DNA from: Somniosus microcephalus
Taxonomy: Eukaryota
Direction: 5' to 3'
Assembly (NCBI GenBank): GCA_052327205.1
Contig: CM126205.1
Location: 19,654,001-19,718,000 of the forward strand
Length of the DNA stretch: 64,000 bases
Shown: positions 1-13,446 of the stretch, piece by piece
How the letters are laid out: each line of letters opens with the position of its first letter
Position numbering within the stretch: the first letter of the stretch is position 1
Position numbers and translations under genes: made by a program
The notes under the pieces: generated by a model
What the model saw: only the letters and a program-made list of their open reading frames with translations
Told to the model about the DNA's origin: nothing
Databases searched by the model: none

Positions 1-249
1 TGTTCAATTCAGATCATCATTTTAATTTCATGAGGTGCATAATGACAGACATTTAACTGCACTTCGCATAACCATCACAAAATAACTGAATTATCACATG
101 CTTACTCCAAAACGAAGCGACATAAATGTTGCAATATTCACGATTAATTGGACATATAGAGAAATGATTTGGTACATTGTGGGCAGTGGAGATAAAACAC
201 GCATCTATGTAAATAAATAGACGGTCTATAGTTATTAATGACTACCTAC

Positions 250-309
250 TTGGCTCCACTGTTAACTTTGTCCCTTTTCCAAAGATAAGCTTCTTAGCTC
301 CAACATTCA
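250..309 (-). CDS. TRAJ: J1, family A: NVGAKKLIFGKGTKLTVEP
   Basis: GTAGGT donor; RSS CACAGCA-12-GCAACAACT at 310-337. Confidence 0.92.
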
Positions 310-1224
310 CACAGCATTGCGCCCTTTAGCAACAACTCCCTTCAGACTAACTTTAGTACTTTGCTGCTCTGTCTGGCGGTTATATTTGACTACTTCGTAT
401 CATTCAATTCCATTATTATGAAACTATATGTACAAATCGTTTCATATGACCATTGAGAATTATTGAGCAAACATGACATTTTTAAGCCTTCTTATAACCC
501 AAGAATAACTTATTAATTGTACATTAAAAATGTAGGGCAACCATTCATATATCAGTACATCAGGACTCTCTGAAAGCTTGCCAAGTACCTTTGATAGTCA
601 TCCAGTCTCTCTGTACTTCCCCGGATTATCATCTTGGATTATATATTTCTCTAGAGTGTGGATCCATCTCACAACTTTCTAATGCACAGGATGGGCTGTC
701 AGCATTTGAGCCAAATTATTATTTCTGACACATTTCTCTCTAAACTTCGGTCGGTTGGTTCAGCTACCTAGGCAGCAACCTTTGGAAATTCCCTCTCCAA
801 ACCTGTTCACCTCTTTATCCCACTCTCATCCTTTAAGACGCTTCTTAAAACCTTCGTTGTGCACCAAGCTTTTGATCAGCCATTTTAATATTTCTAAGGT
901 GGCTCAGTGTGAAATTTTGTCTGATAATACAAGTTCTTCTTGCACAACATTGTTTGGCAAAATCCAAAAGGTAATCATGTTCAATTCAGATAATCATTTT
1001 AAAATAAGAAGGTGCACAATGGCAGACAATGAACTGCACTGATCAGAACCATCACGCAGATTATCAGAATTATCATTTCCATACTCCAATAAGATGTGGC
1101 ATAAATGGTCCAATATTCAGGAGTACTTGAACATATAGAGAAATGATTTGATACATTGTCAGCAGTTCAGAGAACACACACATATATGTAAGTAAATAGT
1201 CTACAGTTATTAATGAATACCTAC

Positions 1225-1287
1225 TTGGCTCCACAGTTAACTTTGTCCCTTTTCCAAAGATAAGCTTATTGGTACCTCCAACATTCA
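1225..1287 (-). CDS. TRAJ: J2, family A: NVGGTNKLIFGKGTKLTVEP
   Basis: GT donor; RSS CACAGCA-12-ACAAAAACT. Confidence 0.93.
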
Positions 1288-1879
1288 CACAGCATTGAGC
1301 CCTTTAACAAAAACTCCCTTCAGACTAACTTTAGTACATTGCTGCTCTGTCTGGCGGTTATATTTGAATACTTGGGATCACTCAATCCCATTGTTGTGAA
1401 ACTATCTGTACAAATCATTTCTTATGACCATTCGTAATTATTACGCACACATGACTATTTTTAGCCTGTTTATAGCCTAAGCTTCACTTATTTATTTTTT
1501 TCATTAAAAATGTTGGGCTACCATTTATATATCAGTTTTTCAGAATTATCCAATAACTTTCCAAGCACCTCTGAAAGTGGAACCCTTCCTCAGTACTTCC
1601 CTGGGTTATCATCTTGGATTACTTGTTTCATTTCTAAAGTGGGGATCCATCTCACAACTTTTCAACACACAGGATGGGCTGCCAGCAATTGAGACAAGTT
1701 ATGATTTCTGACAATTTTCTGTCCCAATTTCAGTCAGTTGGTCCTGCTACCTCGGCACCAAGGGCTGTCATTCTCCCGCTATCCTCTCCACCCCTGTATT
1801 TCTCTCTCCTCCGTTAAGACGCTCCTTAAGATCTACGTGCTGGAGCAAGCTTTTGATCAGCCATTCTAATATCTCTTTA

Positions 1880-2100
1880 CAAAAGCAAAATACTGCGGAT
1901 GCTGGAAATATGAAGTAAAAACAGAAAAGTCTGGAAATACTCAGCAGGTGAGGCAACATTCGTAGAGAGAGAAACAGAGTTAACGTTTCAGGTGGATGAC
2001 CCTTCCTCAGAATATCGCCAGTTCTGACGAAGTGTCATCGACCTGAAACGTGAACCCTGTTTCTCTCGCTACAGATGCTGCTTGACCTGCTGAGTATTTC
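1880..2100. mobile_element. Palindromic (inverted-arm) insertion, probably Penelope-like element terminus, with a hammerhead-like core in each arm
   Basis: Arms ~1925-2012 and ~2022-2108 are reverse complements; CTGACGA..GAAA at 2024-2048; absent from paralogous units; degenerate flanking duplication ctaatatctcttta/ctagtatttcttta. Confidence 0.65.
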
Positions 2101-2452
2101 TAGTATTTCTTTATGTGGCTCCGTTTGAATTTTTTTTTGATAATGCAAGTTGTTGTTGTTTAATCAACAACATGATTTGACGAAATGGATGGAGGTGATC
2201 CTATTCAATTTAGAGCATCATTTTAGATTAAGAAGATGCATAATGGCAGAAAATTCACTGGACTGATCAGAACCATCACTCATAATGACTGAATTATCAT
2301 ATCCATACTCCAATAAGGAGCGGCATAAATGTTCCACTATTCAGGATTAGTTGGACATTTTGAGAAATGATTTGGTACATTGTAGGCAGTTCAGAGAACA
2401 CACACATATGTTTAAGTAAATAGACAGTCTGTAGTTATTAATGAATACCTAC

Positions 2453-2512
2453 TTGGCTCCACAGTTAACTTTGTCCCTTTTCCAAAGATAAGCTTGTAAG
2501 TTCCATCATTCA
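2453..2512 (-). CDS. TRAJ: J3, family A: NDGTYKLIFGKGTKLTVEP
   Basis: GT donor; RSS CACAGCA-12-ACAAAAACT. Confidence 0.93.
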
Positions 2513-3089
2513 CACAGCATTGCCCCCTTTAACAAAAACTCCCTTCAGACTAACGTTTGTACATTTGCTACTCTGTCTGGCGGTTATATTTTAATATTTG
2601 GTATCAGTCAATCCCATTACTGTGAAACTATCTGTACAAATCGTTTTAAATGACCATTTAGAATTATTAGGCACACGTGACTGTTTTTAGCCTGTTTATA
2701 GCCCAAGAATAAGATATTAATTGTTCATTAAAAGTGTAGGGCTACCATTTATATATCAGTTCATCAGAACTCCGTTGTTGTTGTTGTTTAATACACAACA
2801 TTATTTGGCATTTTCCCAAAGGGAAATGGATCCAAGTAATCGTGTTCAATTCAGATCATCATTTTAAGTTAATGACGTGAACAATCGCAGGCAATTAACT
2901 GCACTTCCCATAACCATCACAAAATAACTGAATTATCATACATACTCCAATAAGAAGCGACATAAATGTTCCAATATTCACGATCATTTGGACATATAGA
3001 GAAATGGTTTGATACATTTTTCGCAGTTCAGAGAACAAACACATATATGTAAGCAAATAGACAGTCTATAGTTATCAATGAATACCTAC

Positions 3090-3149
3090 TTGGCTCCACA
3101 GTTAACTTTGTCCCTTTCCCAAAGATAAGCTTGTTAGTTCCAGCCTTCA
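3090..3149 (-). CDS. TRAJ: J4, family A: KAGTNKLIFGKGTKLTVEP
   Basis: GT donor; RSS CACAGCA-12-ACAAAAACT. Confidence 0.93.
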
Positions 3150-4085
3150 CACAGCATTGCGCCCTTTAACAAAAACTCCCTTCAGACTAAGTTTTGTACA
3201 TTGCTGCCCTGTCTGGTGGTTATATTTGAATACTTGGGAACACTCAATCCCATTATTTTGATACTATCTGTACAAATAATTTTAAATGACCATTGAGAAT
3301 TATTAGGCACACATGACTTTTTAAAGTCTGTTTATAGCCCAAGAATATCTTATTAATTGTTCATTAAAAATGTTGGGCTACCATTTATATATCAGTTCAT
3401 CAGAACTCTCGGAAATATTGCCAAGTACCTCTGAAAGTGCTACAGTCTCTCTGTACTTCTCTGGATTATCATCTTGGATTATATATTTCTCTAGAGTGTG
3501 GATACATCTCACAACCTTCCAACGCAAATGTTGTGCTGACAGCAATTGAGCCAAGCTATGATTTCGGACAATTTGCTCTCCAAACTTCAGTCAGTTGGTC
3601 CACCTACCTAGGCACAACGCTCTGGCATTCTCTCCCTATACCTCTGAACCTCTTTATTTCTCTCTCCTCCTTTAATACTCTCCTTAAGACCTACGTGCTG
3701 ATGCAAACTTTCGAACAGCGATTCTAATATTTTCTTATGTGGTTCGGTGTGAAATTTTGGTTGATAATGCAAGTTGTTGTCATTTAATGCACAACATTAT
3801 TTGGCTTTTTCTAAAGGAAATTGGATCCAGGTAATCATGTTCAATTCAGATCATCATTTTAAGTTAATGAGGTTCACAATGGCAGAAAGTTAACTGCACT
3901 TCGCTTAACCATTACAAAATAACTGAATTATCATATGCTCACACCAATAAGAAGCGGCATAAATGTTGCAAATTCAGGATTAATTGAACATTTAGAGAAA
4001 TGATTTGATACATTGTCAGCAGTGCAGAGAACACGCACATATATGTAAGTAAATAGACAGTCTGTAGTTATTAATGAATACCTAC

Positions 4086-4148
4086 TTGGCTCCACAGTTA
4101 ACTTTGTCCCTTTTCCAAAGGTAAGCTTATTGATACCAGCAGCATTCA
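4086..4148 (-). CDS. TRAJ: J5, family A: NAAGINKLTFGKGTKLTVEP
   Basis: GT donor; RSS CACAGCA-12-GCAAAAACT. Confidence 0.93.
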
Positions 4149-5086
4149 CACAGCATTGTGCCCTTTAGCAAAAACTCCCTTCAGACTAACTTTAGTACAT
4201 TGCTGCTCTGTCTGGCGCTTATATTTGAATACTTGGGATCACTCAATCCCATTATTCTGAAACTATCTGTATAAACAATTTAAAATGACTATTGAGAATT
4301 ATTAGGCACGCAGGACGTTTTTTAAGCCTGTTTAAAACCTAAGAAAAACTTATTTCTTTTTTTCATTAACAATGTAGGGCTACCATTTAAATATCAGTTC
4401 ATCAGAACTCTCCAATAGATTTCCAACTACCTCTGAAAGTGGAACACTCCCTCAGTACTTCCCTGGATTATCATCTTGGATTATATGTTTCATCTCTAGA
4501 GTGGAGATCCACCTCACAACGTTCTAACACACATGCCAGCAATTGAGCCAAGTTATGATATCTGTCACTTTTCTGTCCCAATTTCAGTCAGTTGGTTCAG
4601 CTAGCTAGGCAAAAAGCGCTGTCATTCTCTCCCTAAACCTCTCCACCTCTATGTCTCTCCCCTCTGTTGAGACGCTCCTTTAAGCCTACGTTCTGCACCA
4701 AGTACTTGGTCACCTGTCCTAATATTTATTTATGTGGCTCGTTGTGAAATTGTGTTTGATAATTCAAGTTGTTGTAGTTGTGTAATACACAACATTGTTT
4801 GGCTTTTCCCCAATGGAAAATGGATCCAGGTAATCGTGTTCAATTCAGATCATCATTTAACTTAATGAGGTTCACAATGGCAGACAATGAACTGCACTGA
4901 TCAGAGCCATCGCTCATAATATCTGAATTATTATATCCATATTCCATTAAGAACTGGCATAAATGTTCCAAAAATCAGGATTAATTGAACATATAGAGAA
5001 ATGATTTGGTACATTGTAGGTATTTCAGAGAACACACCCATATATGTAAGTAAATAGACAGTCTATAGTTATTAATGAATACCTAC

Positions 5087-5149
5087 TTGGCTTCACAGTT
5101 AACTTTGTCCCTTTTCCAAAGATAAGCTTATCTCTAGCTCCAACATTCA
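5087..5149 (-). CDS. TRAJ: J6, family A: NVGARDKLIFGKGTKLTVKP
   Basis: GT donor; RSS CACAGCA-12-ACAAAAACT. Confidence 0.93.
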
Positions 5150-5689
5150 CACAGCATTGAGCCCTTTAACAAAAACTCCGTTCAGACTAACTTTAGTACA
5201 TTCCTGCTCTGTCTGGCGGTTATATTTGAATACTTGGTATTGCTCAATCCCATTATTCTGAAACTATCTGTATAAAATTTTTAAATGACTATTGAGAATT
5301 ATTAGGCACACAGGACTTTTTTTAGCCTGTTTATGGCCCAAAAATAACTTATTAATTGTTCATTAAAAATGTAGGGCTACCATTTATATATCAGTTCATC
5401 AGATTGCCAAGTACCTCTGAAAGTGCTACAGTCTCTCTGTACTTCCCTGGATTATCATCTTGGATTATATATTTCTCTCGAGTCTGGATACATCTTAACA
5501 ACAATCTCACGTAAATGTTGAGCTGAGAGCAATTGAGCCAAGTTATTATTTCTGACACATTTCTCTCCAAACTTCAGTTGGTTGGTTCACCTACCCGGGC
5601 TCCAATATCTGGCATTCTCTCCCCAAATCTCTCCACTTCTTTATTTCTCTCTCCTCATTTCATATTCCCCATAAAACCTATGCGCTGGA

Positions 5690-6428
5690 TCATATTGGTG
5701 AGGTATTGGTGAGACCGCACCTGGAATACTGCATACAGTTTTGGTGTCCATACTTAAGAAAAGACATACTTGCTCTCGAGTCAGTACAAAGAAGGTTCAC
5801 TCGGTTAATCCCGGGGATGAGGGGATGGACATATGAGGAGAGGTTGAGTAGATTGGGACTCTACTCATTGGAGTTCAGAAGAATGAGAGGCGATCTTATT
5901 GAAACATATAAGATTGTGAAGGGGTTGGATCGGGTGGATGCAGGGAGGATGATCCAGATGATGGGCGAAACTAGAACTAGGGGGCATAGTCTTAGAATAA
6001 GGGGCCGCTCTTTCAAAACTGAGGTGAGGAGGAACTACTTCACTCAGAGGGTGGTAGGTCCATGGAATATGCTGCCCCAAAAAGCTGTCGAAGCTACATC
6101 ATTACATAAATTTAAAACAGAAATAGACAGTTTCCTAGAAGAAAAGGGAATTAAGGGTTACGGGGAGCGGGCAGGAATTTGGACATGAGTCTAGGTTCGG
6201 ATCGGTCATGGCCCTGTGGTAGCGGAGCGGGCCCAGGGGCCGTGTAGCCTGATCCTGCTCCTGTTTCATGTGTCTAATTCTGTTAGATTCAGGAGATAGT
6301 CCTGTCATAGTGGATTGGCGGTTAGGATCAGATCAGCCATGATCTTATTGAATGGCGGAGCAGGCTCGAGGGGCCAATTGGCCTACTCCTGCTCCTATTT
6401 CTTATGTTCTTATGTTCTTATGTTCTTA
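5690..6428 (+). mobile_element. 5'-truncated CR1-type LINE, young; open C-terminal ORF2 fragment at 5706-6188
   Basis: VRPHLEYCIQFWCP..RRMRGDLIETYKI..RTRGH..FTQRVV..WN motifs; (TTCTTATG)n tail; interrupts gctgga|aaactttcgatcagc, which is intact at ~9370. Confidence 0.92.
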
Positions 6429-6809
6429 AACTTTCGATCAGCTATTCTAATATTTCTTTATGCGGCTCGGTGTGAAATTTTGTTTGATAATACAAGTTGT
6501 TGTTTAATACACAACATTATTTGGTATTTTCCCAAAGGAAAATGGATCCAGGTAATCATGTTCAATTCAAATAATAATTTTCGGTTAATAAGTGGCATGA
6601 TGGCAGACAATTAACTGCACTTCCCATAACTATCGCAAAATAATTGAATTTTCATATGCTCACTCCAATAAGAAGTGATATAAATGTTCCAATATACAGG
6701 TGTTAATTAACATATAGAAACATTATTTGGTACATTGTGGGCAGGGCAGAGAACACACAAAATTGTATATAAGTAAATAGACGGTCTATAGTTATTAATG
6801 AATACCTAC

Positions 6810-6872
6810 TTGGCACCACAGTTAACTTTGTCCCTTTTCCAAAGGTAAGCTTATCGTTAGCTCCATAGTTCA
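6810..6872 (-). CDS. TRAJ: J7, family A: NYGANDKLTFGKGTKLTVVP
   Basis: GT donor; RSS CACAGCA-12-ACAAAAACT. Confidence 0.93.
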
Positions 6873-7765
6873 CACAGCATTGTGTCCTTTAACAAAAACT
6901 CCCTTCAGACTAACTTTTGTACAATGCTGCTCTGTCTGGCGGTTATATTTGAATACTTGGTATTGCTCAATCCCTTTATTCTGAAACTATCTGTAGAAAC
7001 CATTTTAAATGACCATTGATAATTATTGTGCACACATGATTATTTTGTATCCTGTTTGTAGCCTAAGCACGACATATTTCTTTTTTAAATTAAAAATGTT
7101 GGGCTACCATTTATATATCAGTTCATCAGAACCTCCAATAGATTTTCAAGTACCTCTGAAAGTGGAAACCTCCCTCTGTACTTCCCTGGATTATCATCTT
7201 GGATTATATGTTTCATCTCTAGAGTGGGGATCCATCTCACAACTTTCTAACGCACAAAATGGGCTGCCAGCAATTGAGCAAAGTTATTATTTCTGACACT
7301 TTTCTCTCCAAACTTCAGTCGGTTGGCTCAGCTACCGAGGCACCAAGGGCTGTCATTCTCTCCCTAAACCTCTCCACCTCTTTATTGATCTCTCCTCTTT
7401 TAATATTCTGCATAAAACCTACACGCTGGAGTAAGCTCTTGAACAGCCATTCCAATATTTCTTTATGTGGCTCGGTGTCTGATTTTGGTTGATAATACAT
7501 GTTGTTGTTGTTGAATACACAACATTATTTGGCGTTGTCCCAAAGGGAAATGGATGCAGGTAATCGTATTAAATTCAGATCATCATTTCATTTTCACAAG
7601 GTGCGCAATAGCAGACAATTAACTGCACTGATCAGAACCTTCAATCATGATACCTGAATGATCAGATCCATAATCCAATAGGTAGCGACATAAATGTTCC
7701 AATAGTCAGGATTAATTGAACAAGTAGATAAATTATACAGTCTATAGTCATTAATGAATACCTAC

Positions 7766-7825
7766 TTGGCTCAACAGTTAACTTTGTCCCTTGTCCAAAC
7801 GTAAACTTGTTAGCTCCATCATTCA
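7766..7825 (-). CDS. TRAJ: J8, family A: NDGANKFTFGQGTKLTVEP
   Basis: GT donor; RSS CACAGCA-12-ACAAAAACT. Confidence 0.93.
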
Positions 7826-8761
7826 CACAGCATTGCGCCCTTTAACAAAAACTCCCTTCAGACTAACTTTTGTACATTGCTGCTCTGTCTGGCGGTTATA
7901 TTTGAATACTTGGGAACACTCAATCCCATTGTTGTGAAACTCTCTGTACAAAACAATTATAAATGACCATTGAGAATTATTATGCACTCATGACTATTTG
8001 TAGCCTGTTCATAATCTAAACATGACTTATTTATTTTTTTCATTAAAAATATAGGCCTACCATTTATATATCAGTTTATCAGAACTCTGCAATACATTTC
8101 CAAATACCTCTGAATGTGAAACCCTCCCTCTGTACTTCCCTGGATTATCATCTTGGATTATATATTGCATCTCTAGAGTGGGGATCCATCTCACAACTTT
8201 CCAGCGCAGAGGATGCGCGGCCAGCAATTGAGCCAAGTTATGATTTCTGATACTTTTCTCTCCAAACTACAGTCGGTTGGTTCAGCTACCGAGGTACGAA
8301 GGTCGAGCATTCTCTCCCTAAACCTCTCCAGCTCTTTATTTCTCTCTCCTCCTTTAAGACTCTCGTTAAGACCTCCGTGCTGGAGCAAGCTTTTGATCAG
8401 CCGTTCTAATGTTTCTTTATGTGTCTCGGTGTGAAATTTTGTTTGATAATACAAGTTGTTGTTGTTGTTTAATACAGCACTTTATTTGGCGTTAAATGGA
8501 TCCAGGGAATCGTGTTAAATTCAGATCATCATTTTAGGTAATAAGTGCATAATGGTAGACAATTAACTGCACTGATCAAAATCATCACTCATAATACTTG
8601 CATTATCATATCCATACCCGAATAAGAAGCGGCTTAAATGTTCCAATATTCAGGATGAACTGAACATTCAGAGAAATGATTCGATATATTGTAGGCAGTT
8701 CAGAGAACACACATATATATGTAAGTAACTAGACAGTCTATAGTTATTAATGAATACCTAC

Positions 8762-8821
8762 TTGGCTCCACAGTTAACTTTGTCCCTTTTCCAAAGATAA
8801 GCGTGTTAGCTCCAACATTCA
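8762..8821 (-). CDS. TRAJ: J9, family A: NVGANTLIFGKGTKLTVEP
   Basis: GT donor; RSS CACAGCA-12-ACAAAAACT. Confidence 0.93.
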
Positions 8822-9764
8822 CACAGCATTGCGCCCTTTAACAAAAACTCCCTTCAGACTAACTTTTGTACATTGCTGCTCTGTCTGGCGGTTATATTTG
8901 AATACTTGGGATCACTCAATCCCATTATTTTGAAACTATCTGTACAAATAATTTAAAATGACTATTGAGAATTATTAGGCACACATGACTTTTTTAAGCC
9001 TGTTTATAGCCCAAGAATAACTTATTAATTGTTCATTAAAAATGTAGGGCTACCATTTATATATCAGTTCATCAGATCTCTCTGAAAGATTGCCAAGTAC
9101 CTCTGAAAGTGTTACAGTCTCTCTGTTCTTCCTTGGATTATCATCTTGGATTATATGTTTCTCTAGAGTGTGGATACATCTCACAAATTTCCAACGTAAA
9201 TGATGAGCTGACAGCAATTGAGCCAAGTTATTATTTCTGACACTTTTCCCTCCAAACTTCAGTTGGTTGGTCCATCTACCTAGGCAGCAATCTCTGGAAT
9301 TCCCTCCCCAAACCTCTCCACCTCTTTATTTCTCTCTCCTCATTTAATATTCTCCATAAAACCTATCCGCTGGAGCAAACTTTCGATCAGCTATTCTAAT
9401 ATTTATTTATGTGGCTCGTTGTGAAATTTTGGTTGATAATACAAGTTGTTGTTGTTGTTTAATATACAACGTTATTTGGCATTTTCCCAAAGGAAAATGG
9501 ATCCAGGTAATCATGTTAAATTCAAATAATAATTTCCGGTTAATAAGTGGCACAATGGCAGACAATTAACAGCACTTCCCATAACCATCACAAAATAAAT
9601 GAATTTTCATATGCTCACTCCAATAAGAAGTGATATAAATGTTCCAATTTTCAGGAGTTAATTAACATATAGAGAAATGATTTGATACATTGTAGGCAGT
9701 TCAGAGAACACACACATATATGTCTAAGTAAATGGACAGACTATAGTTATTAATGAATACCTAC

Positions 9765-9827
9765 TTGGCTGCACAGTTAACTTTGTCCCTTTCCCAAAGG
9801 TAAGCTTGATGTTAGCTCCAACATTCA
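9765..9827 (-). CDS. TRAJ: J10, family A: NVGANIKLTFGKGTKLTVQP
   Basis: GT donor; RSS CACAGCA-12-ACAAAAACT. Confidence 0.93.
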
Positions 9828-10764
9828 CACAGCATTGCGCCCTTTAACAAAAACTTCCTTCAGACTAACTTTAGTACATTGCTGCTCTGTCTGGCGGTTA
9901 TATTTGAATACTTGGGATCACTCAATCCCATTATTTTGAAACTATCTTTACAAATCGTTTTAAATGACCATTGATAAATATTGGGCACAGATGACATTTT
10001 TAAGTATGTTAATAGCCCAAGAATAACTTATTAGTTGTTCATTAAAAATATAGGCCAACCATTTATGTATCAGTTCACCAGAGCTCTCTGAAAGATTGTC
10101 AAGTACCTCTGAATGTGCTCCAGTCTCTCTGTACTTCCCTGGATTATCATCTTGGATTATATATTTCTCTCGAGTCTGGATACATCTCACAATGTTCTGA
10201 CGCAAATGTTGAGCTGACAGCAATTGAGCCCAGTTATGATTTCTGACATTTTCCTCTCCAAACTTCAGTTGGTTGGTCCACCTACCTAGGCATCGAGGTT
10301 TGGCATTCTCTCCCTAAACCTCCCCAATCTTTATTTCTCTTGCCTCCTTTAATATTCCCCATTAAACCTATGCGATGGAGCAAGCTTTCGGTCAGCCATT
10401 CTAATGTTTCTTTATATGGCTCGGTATGAAATTTTGTTTGATAATACAAGTTGTTGTTGTTGTTTAATACACAACATTATTTGGCGTTTTCCCAAAGGCA
10501 AATGATTGCAGGTGATAATGTTCATTTCAAATAATCATTTTCGCTTAATAGATGGCACAATGGCAGACAATTAAATGCACTACCCATAACCATCACAAAA
10601 TAACTGAATTATCATATCCATATTCCAATAAGCGGCATAAATGTTCCAATAATCAGGATTAATTGATCATATGGAAAAATGATTTGATACATTGTAGGCA
10701 GTTCAGAGAACACACGCATATATCTAAGTAAATAGACAGTCTATAGTTATTAATGAATACCTAC

Positions 10765-10827
10765 TTGGCAACACAGTTAACTTTGTCCCTTTTCCAAATA
10801 TAAGCTTGGTGCCACTTCCAGCATTCA
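10765..10827 (-). CDS. TRAJ: J11, family A: NAGSGTKLIFGKGTKLTVLP
   Basis: GT donor; RSS CACAGCA-12-GCAATAACT. Confidence 0.92.
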
Positions 10828-11349
10828 CACAGCATTGCACCCTTTAGCAATAACTCCTTTCTGACTAACTTTAGTACATTGATGCTCTTTCTGGCAGTTA
10901 TATTTGAATACTTGGTATCACCCAATGACATAATTGTGATACTATCTGTAGAAACCGCTTTCAAATGCCCATTGCTATTTATTAGATATATCTGATTTTT
11001 AAAAATATGCTTTTCATCACTCAAGTAGAACTTACTTTTTTCATTAATATGCTAAGGCTACCATTTTTATATTAGTTCACCAGAACTCGCTGAATACGTC
11101 CCAAGTAGTTCTGAAAGTGGAACCCTCCCTCAGTACTGCACTGGACTATCAACTTGCATTATATGTTTTCGGTATAGAGTGAGGATCCATCTCACAACTT
11201 TCTAACTTGAAGGATGGGCTGCCAGCAACAGGGGAAAGTTATCAGTTCTGATACTTTTTTCATTTGAACCACATTTTAATTAATTTGTTGACCTGCTTCT
11301 CTTTTGTGCTCTGACGCATAAAACAGACATCCTTAAACATCTCACTTAC

Positions 11350-11406
11350 TTGGTATAACATTGAGCCTGGTCCCAGATCCAAAGATCAGCTTATTACCAA
11401 GATTCA
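11350..11406 (-). CDS. TRAJ: J12, family B: NLGNKLIFGSGTRLNVIP
   Basis: GTAAGT donor; RSS CACAGCC-12-ACTAAAACC. Confidence 0.92.
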
Positions 11407-12118
11407 CACAGCCTGATATATTAATACTAAAACCTCCCCCAGCCAGACATTCCCAGACATTACTTCACTTGTTATTTCTTAAAGAATCATCCGTTTTATG
11501 AGTTAAGTTTTGCAATGTTTACATTTCCCTTTGCATTTATGATCTACAAACAGTTAATATCTTCCATACCAAATAACTTTAACATAGAATTACATAGAAT
11601 TGGCAGCACAGAAACAACCCATTCGGCCCAACTGGTCTGTGCCCTTGTTTATGCTCCACACAAGCCTCCTCCCTCCCTACTTTATCGAACCCTCTCTGCA
11701 GATCCTTCTAATCCTTTCTCCCAATGGGCTTATCTTAAGTGCATCTATGCTATTCCCATCAACCACTCCATGTAGAAGCGAGTTCCACATTCTAAACACT
11801 CTCTGGGTAAATACGTTTCTCCTCAATCCATTATTGGATTTTTATGTGCCTATCCCATATTGATGAGCCCTAGCTTTGGTCTTCCCAACAAGTGCGAAGG
11901 TCTTCTCTATGTCTACCCTATCAAGCCCCTTCATACTGTTAATGACCTCGATAAGGTCACCACTCTGCCCTGTCTGGAGAAATGATCCCCAGCCTGATCA
12001 GTCTTTCCTGATAGTTAGTATTTAGCTTTAATTGTAACGAACTGATGATACTTATTAACAAAACAATGTTTGGACTATGATCATCAGAATAAAAGATGCA
12101 GAATTAAACTTCACTTAC

Positions 12119-12175
12119 TTGGTTGCACCATTAGTTTGGTCCCAAAACCAAATGTTAGTTTATTGAAATTATTCA
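12119..12175 (-). CDS. TRAJ: J13, family C (native RSS): NNFNKLTFGFGTKLMVQP
   Basis: GTAAGT donor; RSS CACAGCA-12-GCATAAACC. Confidence 0.92.
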
Positions 12176-12489
12176 CACAGCATTACATGCCACTGCATAA
12201 ACCCTTTTACCTGATGCCAAGCATTTTGACTATCTACGAAATCAAATATATGTTATATTTAAACATGATCAATATTCCAGGTTAAATTATTTCCAAGTGC
12301 CCATACTTGCATTATTCCCACATCACTCATGATACCTGAATTACTATATCCTTACTCCAATAAGTAGCGGTATAAATGTCCAATATTCAGGATTAATTTA
12401 GATATGATTTAATACATTGTAGGCTGTGCAGAGAACACAGACATATATGTAAGTAAATAGACAGTCTATAGTTATTAATGAATACCTAC

Positions 12490-12552
12490 TTGGTTCCACA
12501 GTTAACTTTGTCCCTTTTCCAAAGATAAGCTTGGTGTTACCTCCAAGGTTCA
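12490..12552 (-). CDS. TRAJ: J14, family A: NLGGNTKLIFGKGTKLTVEP
   Basis: GT donor; RSS CACAGCA-12-GCAAAAACT. Confidence 0.93.
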
Positions 12553-13383
12553 CACAGCATTGCACCGTTTAGCAAAAACTCCCTTCAGACAAAGTTTAGT
12601 AGATTATTGCTCTGTCTGGCAGTGACAGTTGAATACTTGGATCACTCAATCACATTATTGTGAAACTATCTGTACAAACCATTTTAATTATTAAGCATAT
12701 ATGACTTTTTAAAGAAAATATTCTGTTAATAACCCAAGCATGACTTATTTCTTGTGCATTATAAAGGTATCCCTGAGTGCTTCCCAAGTACTTCTCAAAG
12801 TGGAACACTCCCTCAGTACCTCGCTGAACTATAAATGTTATTACATGTTTTATATATAGAGCGGGGATGCATCCCAAAACTTTCTAACGCACAGGTTGGG
12901 CTGACAACAACTGAGCAAACCTAGGATTTCTGACACTTCTCTCCCACTTTCAGTCTACTAGTTCATTAATGAAAGCTTAGGTTGTTCTATTACAGTCATG
13001 TGTCTTTATTGTCCGCTAGTTAACGCCAATAGTTGGTCATTAGATTCAAAATGATTGTAGGCATTGTAGTCTTCAATTAAAAATTATAATGCTGGCAATA
13101 ATCCTGAATTATGATATCCATACTCCAATATCATGTTCAACTCAGATAATCATTTAGGTTAATAAGGTGCTTAATGTAGGACAATTAACTGCACTGATCA
13201 GAACCATCACTCATGATACCTGAATTATCATATGCATACTGCAATAAGAAGCAATATAAATGTTCCAATATTCAGGAGTAATTGAACATTTAGAGAAATG
13301 ATTTGATACATTGTAGGCAGTACAGAGAATACACACATATATGTAAGTAAATAGACAGTCTATAGCTATTAATGAATACCTAC

Positions 13384-13446
13384 TTGGCTCAACAGTTAAC
13401 TTTGTCCCTTTTCCAAAGATAAGCTTACTGAACCCCCCAACATTCG
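13384..13446 (-). CDS. TRAJ: J15, family A: NVGGFSKLIFGKGTKLTVEP
   Basis: GT donor; RSS CACAGCA-12-GCAAAAATT. Confidence 0.92.

Larger units (their letters stand above)
1..10900. repeat. Tandem ~0.65-1.2 kb monomer units (one enlarged by the CR1 at 5690), each with one family-A J and usually a decayed SINE-like piece and decayed L2-like tail
   Basis: Recurring blocks such as gttattaatgaatacctacttggc, ggctaccatttatatatcagt, ggattatcatcttggatta and gataatacaagttgttg. Confidence 0.9.
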
